DNA of 64,000 bases from Candidatus Sulfomarinibacteraceae bacterium (GTDB lineage: Bacteria; Acidobacteriota; Thermoanaerobaculia; Thermoanaerobaculales; Sulfomarinibacteraceae): the NCBI GenBank assembly GCA_963796455.1, contig CAWCLO010000007.1, forward strand, positions 32,001-96,000, written 5' to 3'. Below, one piece after another: positions 18,912 to 32,895 of this stretch; the stretch's first letter is position 1; each line of letters opens with the position of its first letter. The notes under the pieces were generated by a model. That model did no database searches, was not told where the DNA came from, and was given only the letters and a program-made list of their open reading frames with translations. The position numbers and the translations under genes were made by a program.

Positions 18912-19046
18912 CGGAGTCCTCCAAACCAAAATCCTGATACAACACTCGCGCGCTACCCGGTCAGTTTCTTCTCATGCTCTGCGGCCGCCGCATCTGCGCC
19001 CGGCACAAAAAACTGAAATCGATTTGAGGACTGACTCGGTCGCATC

Positions 19047-20078
19047 TCACGGATGACCGATATCCTCGACATCCGCATCAACCATCATCTTGACCAGTTC
19101 CTCGAATCCAACTTTGGGCTCCCAACCCAGTTGAGTGCGAACTTTGGTCGGATCTGCGAGCAACTCGTCCACCTCCGCCGGTCGGAAGTATCTGGGGTTG
19201 ACCACAACCCGTTTCGCACCATTTGTCCGATCGCGGCCGACCTCATCGATCCCGGCACCGGACCACTCGAGATCGATCCCGACACGGGCAAAGGCAGACT
19301 CGCAGAATTCGCGCACCGAATGGTGTTCACCGGTTCCCACCACCCAATCATCCGGTTCATCGGCCTGCAGGATGCGCCACATGGAATCGACAAAATCTCC
19401 GGCAAATCCCCAATCGCGTTTCGCTTCGAGGTTTCCCAAGGAAAGGTAATCACGCAGACCCGCCGCAATCTCGGCTACCGCACGGGTGATCTTTCGGGTT
19501 ACGAAGTTTTCTCCCCGGCGCGGCGACTCGTGGTTGAAGAGGATTCCGTTGGCGGCAAAGATACCGTGGGCCTCGCGAAAATTGATGGCCGTCCAGTATG
19601 CGAAAAGCTTGGCCACCGCGTAGGGTGAACGTGGGTGGAATGGGGTCCGCTCGTTTTGAGGAACCTCTTCGGCCTTGCCGAAGAGCTCCGACGAGGAAGC
19701 CTGGTAGAAGCGGGCATCGGGAGTGACCTGGCGCACCGCTTCGAGGAGACGGACAACACCGAGCCCCGACACATCGCCGGTATAGGTCGGCATGGTGAAA
19801 GAAATCCCGACGTGGGATTGGGCCGCGAGATTGTAGATCTCGTCCGGTCCCACTTCGACCAGAATCGTGGTCAAACTCTCGGTATCGCCGAGATCGCCGT
19901 AATGAAGATGAACGTGTTGTCTCCCAAGCGAGCTTTTTCGCAGATGATCGATCCGACCTCGGTTGAAGGTAGAGGACCGCCGAACGATGCCGTGAACCTC
20001 ATAGCCCTTTTCAAGCAGGTGTTCCGCCAGATAGGAACCGTCCTGCCCGGTAATGCCGGTGATCAATGCTCTTTTCAT
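19047..20078 (-). CDS. gmd: GDP-mannose 4,6-dehydratase
   Basis: [56 protein letters not shown]. Confidence 0.96.
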   Translation of the reverse strand: MKRALITGITGQDGSYLAEHLLEKGYEVHGIVRRSSTFNRGRIDHLRKSSLGRQHVHLHYGDLGDTESLTTILVEVGPDEIYNLAAQSHVGISFTMPTYTGDVSGLGVVRLLEAVRQVTPDARFYQASSSELFGKAEEVPQNERTPFHPRSPYAVAKLFAYWTAINFREAHGIFAANGILFNHESPRRGENFVTRKITRAVAEIAAGLRDYLSLGNLEAKRDWGFAGDFVDSMWRILQADEPDDWVVGTGEHHSVREFCESAFARVGIDLEWSGAGIDEVGRDRTNGAKRVVVNPRYFRPAEVDELLADPTKVRTQLGWEPKVGFEELVKMMVDADVEDIGHP

Positions 20079-20213
20079 GCGGGGGAGGATAGCAGAGGGC
20101 CTGATGGCTCTCAATTGTCAGTTGGGAGTTATCGGGTTTGAGGTTTGAGTTACCGGACAGCTCTCTCAACACGGCGCTGTTCTTGTTGACAACTCAAAAT
20201 TCGAGAATCAAAC

Positions 20214-21683
20214 CTAATCGACGCTGTAGTTCGGCGCTTCCTTTGTCACCACGATATCGTGGGCGTGGGATTCCTTGAGACCCGCACCCGTGACGCGGAC
20301 AAAGCGTGAATCCGAATGCAGTTGGCCGATGTTCGAACACCCCGACAGGCCCATTCCAGCGCGCAGCCCACCAACCAGCTGGGTGAGCTGGTCGGCCAAG
20401 GGGCCTTTGAACGGAACCATGCCCTCGATTCCTTCCGGAACCAGCTTCGACTGTTGGCTCGGGCTCTGGAAATAACGATCTCCAGAACCTTCGGCACCCT
20501 TCATCGCGCCGATTGAACCCATACCCCGGTAGGCCTTGAAGGTCCGCCCCTGATACAAAATCTGTTCGCCCGGAGACTCCTCGACACCCGCAAAGAGCGA
20601 ACCGATCATGACCACGTCAGCTCCTGCCGCCAGTGCCTTTGTGATGTCGCCCGAAAAACGGATCCCACCATCGGCAATCACGGGTATCCCATGCTCCGCA
20701 GCTGCCCGAGAGCACGCGAGGATCGCCGTGATCTGAGGCATTCCGGCACCGGTCACGACCCGGGTGGTACAGATGGACCCCGGGCCGATTCCAACCTTCA
20801 GCGCGTCGGCGCCGAGTTCGATCAGATCGCGAGCCGCCTTTTCGGTGGCAATGTTGCCGACGATCAGAGGCGTGTCCGGGAACCCTTTCTTGATCTGTCT
20901 GGTCGCATCCATGACGCCGCGGGAATGGGCATGGGAACTGTCGAGAAACAACAGATCGACGTGGCGCTCGATGAGGGCCGCACAGCGTTCGCTGACGTCG
21001 CCGGTGACACCTACCCCGGCGGCCACCCGCAACCGCCCCAGTTCGTCCTTGCACGCGGATGGATAGTCCTGAGCCTTTTTGATGTCCTTGACGGTGATCA
21101 ACCCTTTCAGGTTGCCGTCACCATCAACCACCAACAATTTCTCGATCCGGTTTTTGTGGAGAAGGGTTTTCGCCTCTTCGAGGGTGGTGCCGATCGACGC
21201 AGTCACCAGGTTGTCTTTGGTCATGAAGTCGGTGATCGGACGATCGAACTCGGAGCAGAACCTCAGGTCGCGATTGGTGAGGATGCCCTTGAGCTGACCC
21301 TGCGCATCAACCACCGGCAATCCCGATATCCGGTACCTCGCCATCACGTCCAATGCCTGCCGTACCGACTGGTCCGGGTGCACGGTGACAGGATCCACGA
21401 TCATTCCGGATTCCGACCTTTTGACCCTGTCCACCTCTTCAGCCTGCCGCTCGATCGACATGTTCTTGTGGATGACCCCGACACCACCGTACTGAGCCAT
21501 GGCAATAGCCATATTGGCCTCGGTGACCGTGTCCATCGCTGCCGAAACGATCGGCAGATTGAGGGAAATACCGCTCTTGGTAAGGCGGGCTGTGACATCG
21601 ATTTCATTCGGATGGACTTCGGATCGCCAGGGCACCAACAGAACATCATCAAAGGTCAGGCCGACGGGGATTTCCTGATTCAT
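20214..21683 (-). CDS. guaB: IMP dehydrogenase
   Basis: [19 protein letters not shown] pair, [24 protein letters not shown]. Confidence 0.97.
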   Translation of the reverse strand: MNQEIPVGLTFDDVLLVPWRSEVHPNEIDVTARLTKSGISLNLPIVSAAMDTVTEANMAIAMAQYGGVGVIHKNMSIERQAEEVDRVKRSESGMIVDPVTVHPDQSVRQALDVMARYRISGLPVVDAQGQLKGILTNRDLRFCSEFDRPITDFMTKDNLVTASIGTTLEEAKTLLHKNRIEKLLVVDGDGNLKGLITVKDIKKAQDYPSACKDELGRLRVAAGVGVTGDVSERCAALIERHVDLLFLDSSHAHSRGVMDATRQIKKGFPDTPLIVGNIATEKAARDLIELGADALKVGIGPGSICTTRVVTGAGMPQITAILACSRAAAEHGIPVIADGGIRFSGDITKALAAGADVVMIGSLFAGVEESPGEQILYQGRTFKAYRGMGSIGAMKGAEGSGDRYFQSPSQQSKLVPEGIEGMVPFKGPLADQLTQLVGGLRAGMGLSGCSNIGQLHSDSRFVRVTGAGLKESHAHDIVVTKEAPNYSVD

Positions 21684-21686
21684 GAG

Positions 21687-24476
<2,790 letters not shown>

Positions 24477-24644
24477 CCGATCTACCTCGCCGGATCATAA
24501 AATGCCGGGGCGTCCCCCCGGCGCTTTCGATCGATCCTTGGACCGACCATAAGTGCGCCGGTTCCCGGCAGACTAGAGCATGCAAGCCGGGATTGCAACG
24601 TTCATAGTCACCGATACCACCCCATATACAGGCGGTGTTGACTT

Positions 24645-24738
24645 CGATGCTGGATGCTCGATTCTCGATGCTGGATGCTGGTCCGTCGAGCATGAAAACC
24701 GACGGGCCGGCCAATCTAGCATCGAGCATCGAGCATCC
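24645..24738. repeat. Inverted pair of heptamer arrays (GATGCTG)n...(CGAGCAT)n
   Basis: Left arm 24645-24680; right arm about 24716-24738. Confidence 0.8.
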
Positions 24739-24751
24739 GGCCATCGCAACG

Positions 24752-24776
24752 AAAAACGCGCCCTCGCGGGCGCGTT
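24752..24776 (-). terminator. Intrinsic terminator after the M23 peptidase gene
   Basis: CGCGCCC/GGGCGCG stem followed by T5 on the minus strand. Confidence 0.7.
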
Positions 24777-24800
24777 CGAAAATGAATGAATCTTGCCGGC

Positions 24801-25682
24801 CTAAAATGCGTCCAGGATGTAATACAGCGGATTCTTGGCTACGCCCTCTTCGTGCACTTCGTAGTGGAGATGGGGGCCTGTGGAACGCCCGGAATTTCCG
24901 AGGAGACCAACTTCCTGACCGCGAATGATCTCGTCACCCGGCTCGACCGAGATCTTGTCGAGATGGCCGTAAACGGTGGTAAAACCAAAATCATGGGAGA
25001 CGCGAACAGTCTTCCCCAAACCGCCATTGCGGCCCGCAAAGACCACGATGCCGTCGGCCGGAGCGTGGATCGGCGTTCCCCGCCGCGCCGAGATATCGAG
25101 CCCGCGATGGAAGGCGAGACGTCCGGTAAATGGATCCTTCCGCCGACCAAAACCGTCAGTGATCAATCCCAGAACCGGTGCCACGGTGGGAGTCGAGGCC
25201 AGAACCTCGCCCTGCTTGGCGATCTGCCCTTCGACAATATTGAGTTGATCCCGAATCCAGCGCCCCTGCATGAGAAGCGCATCCGGTGATTCCGGAAGCC
25301 GATCGTAGGGACCACCGCTGCCGACCCTCGTCGTGGAGGTGCCGCCGCCTGAGAATCCGACCGCTTCCGCTTCCATACCCGCGGCCAGTGCCAGACGGGC
25401 GGTACGTTCTTCAAACTCATCGAGCCGGCCCTGGACCTCGGCGATGGTTACTTCGAGTTGTTGATTGACGCCGGTCAGCTCTGTGTTCTCGGTTTTCAGC
25501 CGCTGCATTTCAACCCGACGGTTGACAGCGCTGCCAGTGAAAGCGATCGCTATGACGGATAGAACCAGTGCAATGGCGGCGGCGCTGGCCGCAACTGCGA
25601 AAGTTCTCGTCGAGAACGAGAACTTGAGAAAACGTGCCTTACTATGCGGCACGATGATGATCGTGTTCAGCCGTTTCGGCAT
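24801..25682 (-). CDS. M23 family metallopeptidase, membrane-anchored with a coiled coil
   Basis: FHRGLDIS, YGHL, GNSGRSTGPHLHYEV. Confidence 0.92.
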   Translation of the reverse strand: MPKRLNTIIIVPHSKARFLKFSFSTRTFAVAASAAAIALVLSVIAIAFTGSAVNRRVEMQRLKTENTELTGVNQQLEVTIAEVQGRLDEFEERTARLALAAGMEAEAVGFSGGGTSTTRVGSGGPYDRLPESPDALLMQGRWIRDQLNIVEGQIAKQGEVLASTPTVAPVLGLITDGFGRRKDPFTGRLAFHRGLDISARRGTPIHAPADGIVVFAGRNGGLGKTVRVSHDFGFTTVYGHLDKISVEPGDEIIRGQEVGLLGNSGRSTGPHLHYEVHEEGVAKNPLYYILDAF

Positions 25683-25843
25683 GCCCCCCCCTCCTTGCAT
25701 CGAGACCCGAGACAACCGCAGCTACGATGTCGCCCGCAGATTGTCCCATCACCAAATTGAGGTGTCAAACTCAAATTGGACATGCCTCCAAGAAAACGAT
25801 ATCACAAGGTGGGTCAAGAGTCGCTTGAATTCGCGAACTTATC

Positions 25844-28261
25844 TCAAGAAGATCTTTCCTTGTCATTCGTTCCTTTTCCCTTCGCAGCCTTTCTCATCAG
25901 GCTCACCATCTCCTCGAGGCGTTCTTGACAGGCCTCGTAGAGGGATCCCTTCGTCCATCCCCTGGAGGCACTCCATCTGCCGGCCGCCGTACCGGTGAGA
26001 AGCTCGATCCCGTCGTTAATCGAATCCACGGCCCAGACGTTGAAGTTTCCCTCCTCGACCACCTGCACGACCTCGTCGTCGAGGTGAAGATCACCGACGT
26101 TTGAAAGCGGAATCATGACACCCTGTTCACCGGTCAGACCCGCGCTCTTACAAACCTTGAAAAAACCCTCGATCTTGGCGTTGACTCCGCCGATCGCCTG
26201 CACGTTGCCGTATTGATCCACCGACCCTGTGACCGCGATGTCCTGTCGCAACGGGCGGCCCGACAGGCTGGAGAGAATGGCGTAGACCTCAGTGGAGGAC
26301 GCCGAATCACCGTCAATCCCCCCATAGGATTGTTCGAAGGTCACCGAACAACCCATGGTCAGGGGCGAGGTATGGGCGAAGGTCCCGCGCAGGAAACCGG
26401 TCAGAATGCTCACCCCTTTGTCATAACTGGGCCCCGACAGACCCGCCTGCCGTTCGATGTTGATCACGCCTTCGCGCCCCAATCCGACCCGCGCGGTGAT
26501 ACGCGAAGGTTTTCCGAAACGGTGGTGTCCGAGGTCGTAGACCGCCAGACCGTTGACCTGGCCGACCACCGATCCACGGGTGTCGATGCGAACCACCCCT
26601 TCGCTGATCACCTCCTGCGAACGATCCTCACTCAAGGAGTGGCGCCGCCGCCTCGCATCCCTCGCCTCGGTCACATGCTCTTTGGTGATGAGTTTGTCGC
26701 CCTGCGTCTCGGCCTGGTAGGACGACTCTCTCAAAACGTCGGAGAGATCGGAGAATCGGCTGGAGAACTTCCGTCTCCACCCACCCATCCGCACCGCCTC
26801 CTCGAGCATGGCCGCCATTCCGCTGCGATCGAGGTCGAGCAGCCCCTCCTCCACCAACACCTTTTTCAGAACCGACAACACGTCTTTGGCATGGTCCTGG
26901 CTTTTCTTGAGTACGGTGTCGAAATCCGCCAGAACCTTGAAGATCTTGGAAAAGTCACGGTCGTGGCGAAACAAGAGGTCGTACACAGCCTTGCTGCCGA
27001 TGATGACCACCTTGACATCGAGCGGCACCGGTTCCGGTTTGAGCAGGGCGGCGCCGTAAAACAGACTCTCCATCGACTGGATCTGGACGCGACGATATTT
27101 GAGAGCCCGTTTGAGCCCCGGCCAGACCCGGGGCTCCATCAACACGTCATCGGCGTTCAGAATCAGGAACCCGCCGTTGGCCCGCAGTAGTGACCCGGCC
27201 CGAATTCGCATGAAGGAAGTGGTCGATTCTCCGCCCTGGGTCAAGGTCCGTTCGACCGTACCGAAGAGGTTGGTGTAGCTGGGCTCTGTTTCCATGACCA
27301 CCGGTCGGCCCCTGACATCGGTGTTGTCCACCACGAGATTCACCCGCCATCGCAGAAACTGATCCACATCGCCCGGGACCTCTTCCTCATTGATCATGAA
27401 GAGTCCCAGGTTTTCGCCGAGATCGTTCGCCACCTCGTCAAGGTATTTCCCGCCGCGCGGATCGCCGACACTCCTGCGAATCCGGTCGACCGCCTCGTCA
27501 AAAGCAGGCTGGAGCAGCCTCCTCCTGACATCCTCGACCCGCGTCTGAACTTCCCGTCGAATCTCGGAGACCTGTTCGAAAACGTCACGAAAGCGTTCGG
27601 TCAAACCGCCGTGGACCTCCCGCATCCGTTCGACCTCGGACAGAGCGACCGTTCCCGCCTCGACCAGTTCGCCGAGCTTTTCGAGCGGCGTCGGCTGTTC
27701 ATCGACCACCGGAAGAATTTCCGGCCGGGTCACCATGCCGGCCTGGACCTGAACCAAAACAAAGCCGGCATCGGAGACCTCTTTTTCGAAGCCTTCGACG
27801 AGCTTCCGTTCCTGTTTTTGCAGCGGCTCCACCGCTCGCTCGATTCGTGACCGGAAGTCGCGATCGTTGAGTATCGCCGGAAGGTTGTGCGACAGCTCCT
27901 CGATCAGGTCCTCCATGCCGGTCCTGAGGCGTTGACCGGCACCGGCCTTGAGAAAGACCGCACAGGGCTCTTCAGGCTGTCTGAAATTGAAAACGAAACA
28001 GATATCGTCCGGGCTCTCGTCGGCTTCGGTGAGTTTCTTGACGAAGCTCTTGATCGTCGTCAAACGCCCGGTTCCCGACATTCCGGTGACGAACACGTTG
28101 AAACCGATGCCTCGCATCGCCAGCCCGAAGGCAATCGCATCGGCCGCCCTGTCCTGGGCCACGATGGTTGCGGCCGGTTTGACTGATTTGGAGCTCTTGC
28201 TCGGCAGCCAGCTCTTCGGACATCGCCATGAAAGGTCCTTTGCGCGGAGCGATCGAATCAT
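25844..28261 (-). CDS. Lon-like protease (LonC/AAA_32 type)
   Basis: GSLLRANGG, GQVNGLAVY, FEQSYGGIDGDSAS, AIGGVNAKIEGFF; start placed at ATG 28261 (ATGA overlap, GGAGG RBS). Confidence 0.9.
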   Translation of the reverse strand: MIRSLRAKDLSWRCPKSWLPSKSSKSVKPAATIVAQDRAADAIAFGLAMRGIGFNVFVTGMSGTGRLTTIKSFVKKLTEADESPDDICFVFNFRQPEEPCAVFLKAGAGQRLRTGMEDLIEELSHNLPAILNDRDFRSRIERAVEPLQKQERKLVEGFEKEVSDAGFVLVQVQAGMVTRPEILPVVDEQPTPLEKLGELVEAGTVALSEVERMREVHGGLTERFRDVFEQVSEIRREVQTRVEDVRRRLLQPAFDEAVDRIRRSVGDPRGGKYLDEVANDLGENLGLFMINEEEVPGDVDQFLRWRVNLVVDNTDVRGRPVVMETEPSYTNLFGTVERTLTQGGESTTSFMRIRAGSLLRANGGFLILNADDVLMEPRVWPGLKRALKYRRVQIQSMESLFYGAALLKPEPVPLDVKVVIIGSKAVYDLLFRHDRDFSKIFKVLADFDTVLKKSQDHAKDVLSVLKKVLVEEGLLDLDRSGMAAMLEEAVRMGGWRRKFSSRFSDLSDVLRESSYQAETQGDKLITKEHVTEARDARRRRHSLSEDRSQEVISEGVVRIDTRGSVVGQVNGLAVYDLGHHRFGKPSRITARVGLGREGVINIERQAGLSGPSYDKGVSILTGFLRGTFAHTSPLTMGCSVTFEQSYGGIDGDSASSTEVYAILSSLSGRPLRQDIAVTGSVDQYGNVQAIGGVNAKIEGFFKVCKSAGLTGEQGVMIPLSNVGDLHLDDEVVQVVEEGNFNVWAVDSINDGIELLTGTAAGRWSASRGWTKGSLYEACQERLEEMVSLMRKAAKGKGTNDKERSS

Positions 28262-30768
28262 GAGTCCTCCTTGAGAAACAGCAATGCGGGCAGCAACGTG
28301 ATCCCGAGCAACGCCGTCGCGAGCGCACCCAGAATCGCTGCGGCGCCCACCGAACGCAAGCCCGGATAATGCGAGAGCACCAACGAACCAAATCCCACCA
28401 TGGTCGTCAGCGCCGCCACGGCGATCGCCTTGGCGGTTTCGGTCACCTGGCCGACATCGCCCGCGGTCTCGTAGAAACGGTGAAGAAAGTGAATACCGTA
28501 ATCCACACCGATGCCGACGATCATGGTCAAAACAAAAATGTTGAAGAAATTCAATCGAAGCCCGAGGAAGGCCATGCCTCCAAGCATCCAGACCATCCCG
28601 AGAAAAAGCGGCAGAAGCGCCAACAAGGCGCGGAGCGGGCCACCCAGATCCCACCACATGAGAATGAAAACAGCCACGATCCCGACCAGTGAGGCCTTGA
28701 TGACGTCGCCCCACACGATCTTGCGTAACTCGGCAGAGATGACGTTCGGCCCGGCAAGAATCGCCCCCGGGTGGCGGGCCACCACTTCGTGCAGGGCTGG
28801 TGAGGCGCCTCGCCGCCATTCTCCGACCGGAGGGTAGAGATACATTGCGGCCGAAACCTCATCATCGGCCGCCGCCACATAGCGGTCGACGACCCTGGCC
28901 AGAGGGGTGCCGGCAAGATCATCGAGCGAAAGTGGGTTTCTGCGACCAAGGGCGGTCGTCAGATGCTGGATCCCCTCGCTGAATGCGGCCGGGTTGAGAC
29001 CGCTCGAAACCAGAGCCTCGGCAAAACGATCCTCAAGCCCTTCGACCTCCGGTTCGGCCGCACGCAGGCGATCGATCAACTGTTGCTGCACATCGATTGG
29101 CGGGATGACTCCGGCAATGGTGTCGATCCCAACCAGATTCACACCATCGACCAGCTCTTCGAGTTCGGGCAGGATCGCGCGACACCGCGCCAACGCGTCG
29201 ACCTCGTCGGAACCGTCGAGCCGCAGGACCATCGGCGTGAATCGCAATTCGAATGCATCCATGATTTCCTGGCGAAGCTGGATCGCTCTGTTGTCGCCTG
29301 ACCTCATGTTGCGAAAATCGTCGTCCCACTCGAGCCCGCGAATGCCGTACGCAAAGACGAGGGTCACGACTGCCGCGAGAAAAACCGTGACCCGGGGCCG
29401 CCGCACGCTGGCCCTGCAGATCCCCTCGGCCCCGAATGAGTGGAGCCGGTGCGGCCTCACGTGGCCCTTCCAATTGGAGACGAAGGTCAACAGCGCGGGC
29501 AGCAGCACATAGACTGTGACGACGAGCAGGAGAATCCCGGTGCCGGTGAGCAATCCGAGTTCCCAGAGACCGGCAAAATCGGTCACCAGGAACGAAAAGA
29601 AAGTGGCCGAGGTCGTGACCGCGCCGAGCAGAACCCCAACACCGGTGTATCGCCCCATCGCGTCGACTGCGTCTTCATGAGACGCCCCGGACTGGCGTTC
29701 CTCGAGATAACGGGCATACAAAACGATGATGAAATCGATTCCGAGACCGATGACGAGACCACCGAATGCCGAGGTGAGCGAGTTGATCCGACCGAGGGTC
29801 ACGGCGGCAAAACTGAAGGTCAACGCGATGCCAGTCACCAGCGGAAAAAATGCATAGATCAGCGCCGCTCGGCTCCTGAAAGCGAGCAGGAAGAGCAGCA
29901 TCACCCCCGCCAACGACGAAACCAGCCCTACCACCATGTCCGAAGTGATCAACCTCGCGTCGTCGAGAGCTACGAGATAGCCACCGGTGAATTCGACTCG
30001 CGGCGCGGACCGCTCACCTGTCTCTTCGATCCACTCGGCCTGCAGTTCAGCCATTCGGATCAAGAGGCCAGCCGCCAACCGGCGGTCGAAGGCCAGATCC
30101 TGGGCCGGCCGTATGGGCTTGGCCATCATCAGCAGGAACTGACGGTTTTTGTCGATCAAACAACCGGTTTCGGGGTCGACCCGGACACCAACGCCGCCAA
30201 ACCGGACCCTGGCCAGGATGCGCGGCAGCAGCCCCATCGGATCGAGTCGGATGAGATCTTTTGTCACCAGGCTCTGAGGAGTCATGATCTGAGCCCGCAG
30301 CTTTGCAGCCGTCTCCTGGAGACCTTCTTCGTCGAGCCCTGCGAGGATCTCTTCGAGTTCCGCCGGTTCCAGGAAGAGCGTGGCTCGATCGAGGAGCGGC
30401 ACCGCCGCGTCGGCGGCGCTGTCGACCCGATACTCTACCCAGTCGATCATTTCCCAATCACGGAATGAGGAGGCGACCAGTTCGGCGAAATCGAGGGTGG
30501 TTTCGGTTGCGCGCTCCGGGTCGAGGTGGACAACGACCAGCAGGGTATCCACTGATCCAAAGCGCTCGACGGTCGTCCTGAATCCATCCACCACCGGGTT
30601 GTTTCGCGGCACCAGGGACAGGATGTCGGTTTCGATTTTGACCTGGAAGGCCAGGAGACCGGCCGCCAGCCAGGCAATTATGGCGGCAATCGCGGCGATC
30701 CGTGGGTGGAGGCGACCAAAACGAACCAGGAAGAGAGGCAGCCGCCGTGGCAGCAAGCCACGCCTCAC
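28258..30768 (-). CDS. MMPL/RND family exporter
   Basis: Two repeats with GLGIDFII and GIGVDYGIH; AALTTMVGFGSL; start placed at GTG 30768 overlapping the pgsA stop. Confidence 0.88.
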   Translation of the reverse strand: MRRGLLPRRLPLFLVRFGRLHPRIAAIAAIIAWLAAGLLAFQVKIETDILSLVPRNNPVVDGFRTTVERFGSVDTLLVVVHLDPERATETTLDFAELVASSFRDWEMIDWVEYRVDSAADAAVPLLDRATLFLEPAELEEILAGLDEEGLQETAAKLRAQIMTPQSLVTKDLIRLDPMGLLPRILARVRFGGVGVRVDPETGCLIDKNRQFLLMMAKPIRPAQDLAFDRRLAAGLLIRMAELQAEWIEETGERSAPRVEFTGGYLVALDDARLITSDMVVGLVSSLAGVMLLFLLAFRSRAALIYAFFPLVTGIALTFSFAAVTLGRINSLTSAFGGLVIGLGIDFIIVLYARYLEERQSGASHEDAVDAMGRYTGVGVLLGAVTTSATFFSFLVTDFAGLWELGLLTGTGILLLVVTVYVLLPALLTFVSNWKGHVRPHRLHSFGAEGICRASVRRPRVTVFLAAVVTLVFAYGIRGLEWDDDFRNMRSGDNRAIQLRQEIMDAFELRFTPMVLRLDGSDEVDALARCRAILPELEELVDGVNLVGIDTIAGVIPPIDVQQQLIDRLRAAEPEVEGLEDRFAEALVSSGLNPAAFSEGIQHLTTALGRRNPLSLDDLAGTPLARVVDRYVAAADDEVSAAMYLYPPVGEWRRGASPALHEVVARHPGAILAGPNVISAELRKIVWGDVIKASLVGIVAVFILMWWDLGGPLRALLALLPLFLGMVWMLGGMAFLGLRLNFFNIFVLTMIVGIGVDYGIHFLHRFYETAGDVGQVTETAKAIAVAALTTMVGFGSLVLSHYPGLRSVGAAAILGALATALLGITLLPALLFLKEDS

Positions 30769-31331
30769 TGCTCGTCCTCCAGTACAACGCTGCGGTTCTG
30801 CCAAAAATAAACAACCATCGAGGCGACGGTGAACATCACCGTCAGCCACAGGGCCAACAACCCGATCACATCCCACGTGTGGGAACTGAGCTTGAAGATG
30901 ACGTCCGGATTCAAACTGTAGATCAGGATCGAAACCGTGATGATCTGGATCGTGGTCTTGGCCTTTCCGAGCCAGTTCGCGGAAATGGCGATTCCCTTCT
31001 CGAGGGCGATCATCCGCAGCGCCGTCACCGCGAACTCGCGACCAACCACCAGGGTGACCATCCACGCCGGCGCCTGGTCAAGCTCGACCAGGGAAATAAA
31101 TGCGGCGCTCATCAACAGCTTGTCGGCAATCGGATCGAGCATTGCACCGGTGGTCGTGATGGTCTCGGTCCGGCGGGCTATAATTCCGTCAAGGGCATCG
31201 GTCAAGGCCGCCAACAAGAAAATGCCAAGACCCCAGTACTCCTTGTCAGGAACTTCGGTCAACAACACAACCACGAGGAGCGGCACGAGAAAGATGCGAA
31301 ACAATGTCAGCAAATTTGGAATATTCCACAT
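30765..31331 (-). CDS. pgsA: CDP-diacylglycerol--glycerol-3-phosphate 3-phosphatidyltransferase
   Basis: NIPNLLTLFRI, TDALDGIIAR, GAMLDPIADK, GREFAVTALR, GKAKT. Confidence 0.92.
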   Translation of the reverse strand: MWNIPNLLTLFRIFLVPLLVVVLLTEVPDKEYWGLGIFLLAALTDALDGIIARRTETITTTGAMLDPIADKLLMSAAFISLVELDQAPAWMVTLVVGREFAVTALRMIALEKGIAISANWLGKAKTTIQIITVSILIYSLNPDVIFKLSSHTWDVIGLLALWLTVMFTVASMVVYFWQNRSVVLEDEQ

Positions 31332-31469
31332 CTTCAACTCCCTCGGGGCCCGAATGACATCGGACGCCCTGCATCATACCGTTCGCCAGATAATTGTGGG
31401 CGCGATCTCGGGGTCCGATGATTCTAGCCGGGAAAGGGCCGGCCGTCACCTGGAGTCGAGAATCTCTCG

Positions 31470-32885
31470 ATGAGGGTCACCTCCCACTGCATCAATCATC
31501 CCTCGAAGGATGCCTCCACCCGCTGCCGAAGCTGCGGCAAATGGTTGTGCGACCAGTGTTTCCAAAGGTTCGGGACCCGCGTCTACTGCGATCGAAAATG
31601 CCACGTCCGAGGTCTGCTTCACGACTCACTCGGGAAAGCTCTCGATATTGCTCGCGGACCGGTACACGCCGCCTGGGTGATCGCGGTTGTCGCTTCGGCC
31701 TCCGCCCTGCTCCTGACCGTCGTCGGGATCATGGTCGCCGACCTTGCCGAGGTTCGGGCCGGGCTCGGACGGATCGAGGCGGCCCGTACTCAGCTCGATC
31801 CCGAGCTCTCCGCATCCTTTCAGCAGGACGAAAACGGCGTCAGGGTCGACATCGGCGGGCGGGCCGAATCCCGGGTCCTCGTCTTGGTTGACGATCGCCC
31901 TCTCGAGGTGGTGAACGTCGACGACAGTGGTCGCGCCTCTTCGTCGGTACTCGACCCATCGACCCCGACCGAGTCCATTCGAATCGTGCAACTGGCAGGT
32001 GACGGTCTCGATCTCGGCCGCCCGCCACTGCCCTCTCCGACCTCGACGGCGACAGCCACGGCGACCGTGGTTCCGACCGCCACGCGGCGAGCCACGGCGG
32101 TGCGGCAGGCGCGCACCGAACCAACACCTGCAAGTGCACCGCCGGTCCTGCAGATCGTCGGGGACGCGGGAGCCAGAATCGCCATCACATTTGACGGAAA
32201 CGCTTCGTCGAAGCGGACCGACGAACTCCTCGATATGCTCCAGGATCTCGATCTCCAGGTCACATTGTTCGTGACCGGGCAGTTTATCGAGAAGTACCCG
32301 GCTGTGATCCGGAGGACGGTGCTCGCCGGTCACGAGATCGGCAACCACACCTATTCGCATCCCCACCTGACGACCTATGCGGAAAACCGACGGCACGCTC
32401 TCAAACCAGGGATGACCCGGGAGAGGCTGCAACGGGAGCTCCGCAGAACCGAGGAAGCCTTCGAGGCCGTCACCGGCAGATCCATGGCGCCTCTCTGGCG
32501 ATCACCCTATGGTGAGGAAAACCGGACCCTGCGGGGCTGGGCACTGGAAATGGGATACCTCCACGTCCGCTGGAGTTCACTCCAGGGCGCATCACTCGAT
32601 ACCCGGGACTGGGTCGACGACGAACACTCCTCTCTGTACCAGAATTCGAACTCCATCATGGAACGGCTGCTCAAGTTCCCCAAGCTCGAGGGCGGTCTGA
32701 TCCTGATGCACCTGGCCACCGAACGGCAGGAGGCGCCATGGACCGAATTGCCGTCCTTCGTGAAGGCACTCAGGGATCGTGGTCTCGAACCGGTAGAGGT
32801 CACAACAATTCTCGAAGCCTCGCCCACCTGGCGATCATGGCTGCAACGCGCCCGGCAAAATCATGCCGCGAGGAACGGAGAATAG
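31470..32885 (+). CDS. Polysaccharide deacetylase (NodB/CE4) with an N-terminal Cys-rich zinc finger and TM anchor
   Basis: CINH...CRSCGKWLCDQC...C..KC; IAITFD, HEIGNHTYSH, WRSPYG, ILMH. Confidence 0.85.
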   Translation: MRVTSHCINHPSKDASTRCRSCGKWLCDQCFQRFGTRVYCDRKCHVRGLLHDSLGKALDIARGPVHAAWVIAVVASASALLLTVVGIMVADLAEVRAGLGRIEAARTQLDPELSASFQQDENGVRVDIGGRAESRVLVLVDDRPLEVVNVDDSGRASSSVLDPSTPTESIRIVQLAGDGLDLGRPPLPSPTSTATATATVVPTATRRATAVRQARTEPTPASAPPVLQIVGDAGARIAITFDGNASSKRTDELLDMLQDLDLQVTLFVTGQFIEKYPAVIRRTVLAGHEIGNHTYSHPHLTTYAENRRHALKPGMTRERLQRELRRTEEAFEAVTGRSMAPLWRSPYGEENRTLRGWALEMGYLHVRWSSLQGASLDTRDWVDDEHSSLYQNSNSIMERLLKFPKLEGGLILMHLATERQEAPWTELPSFVKALRDRGLEPVEVTTILEASPTWRSWLQRARQNHAARNGE

Positions 32886-32895
32886 GCTTGGGACC

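Noticed and set aside
28262..28819. N-terminal extension of the Lon ORF; likewise extensions of the MMPL, patatin, pentapeptide and 36126 ORFs
   Set aside because: They overlap neighbouring genes or repeats; downstream starts with an RBS or stop-start overlap fit better.
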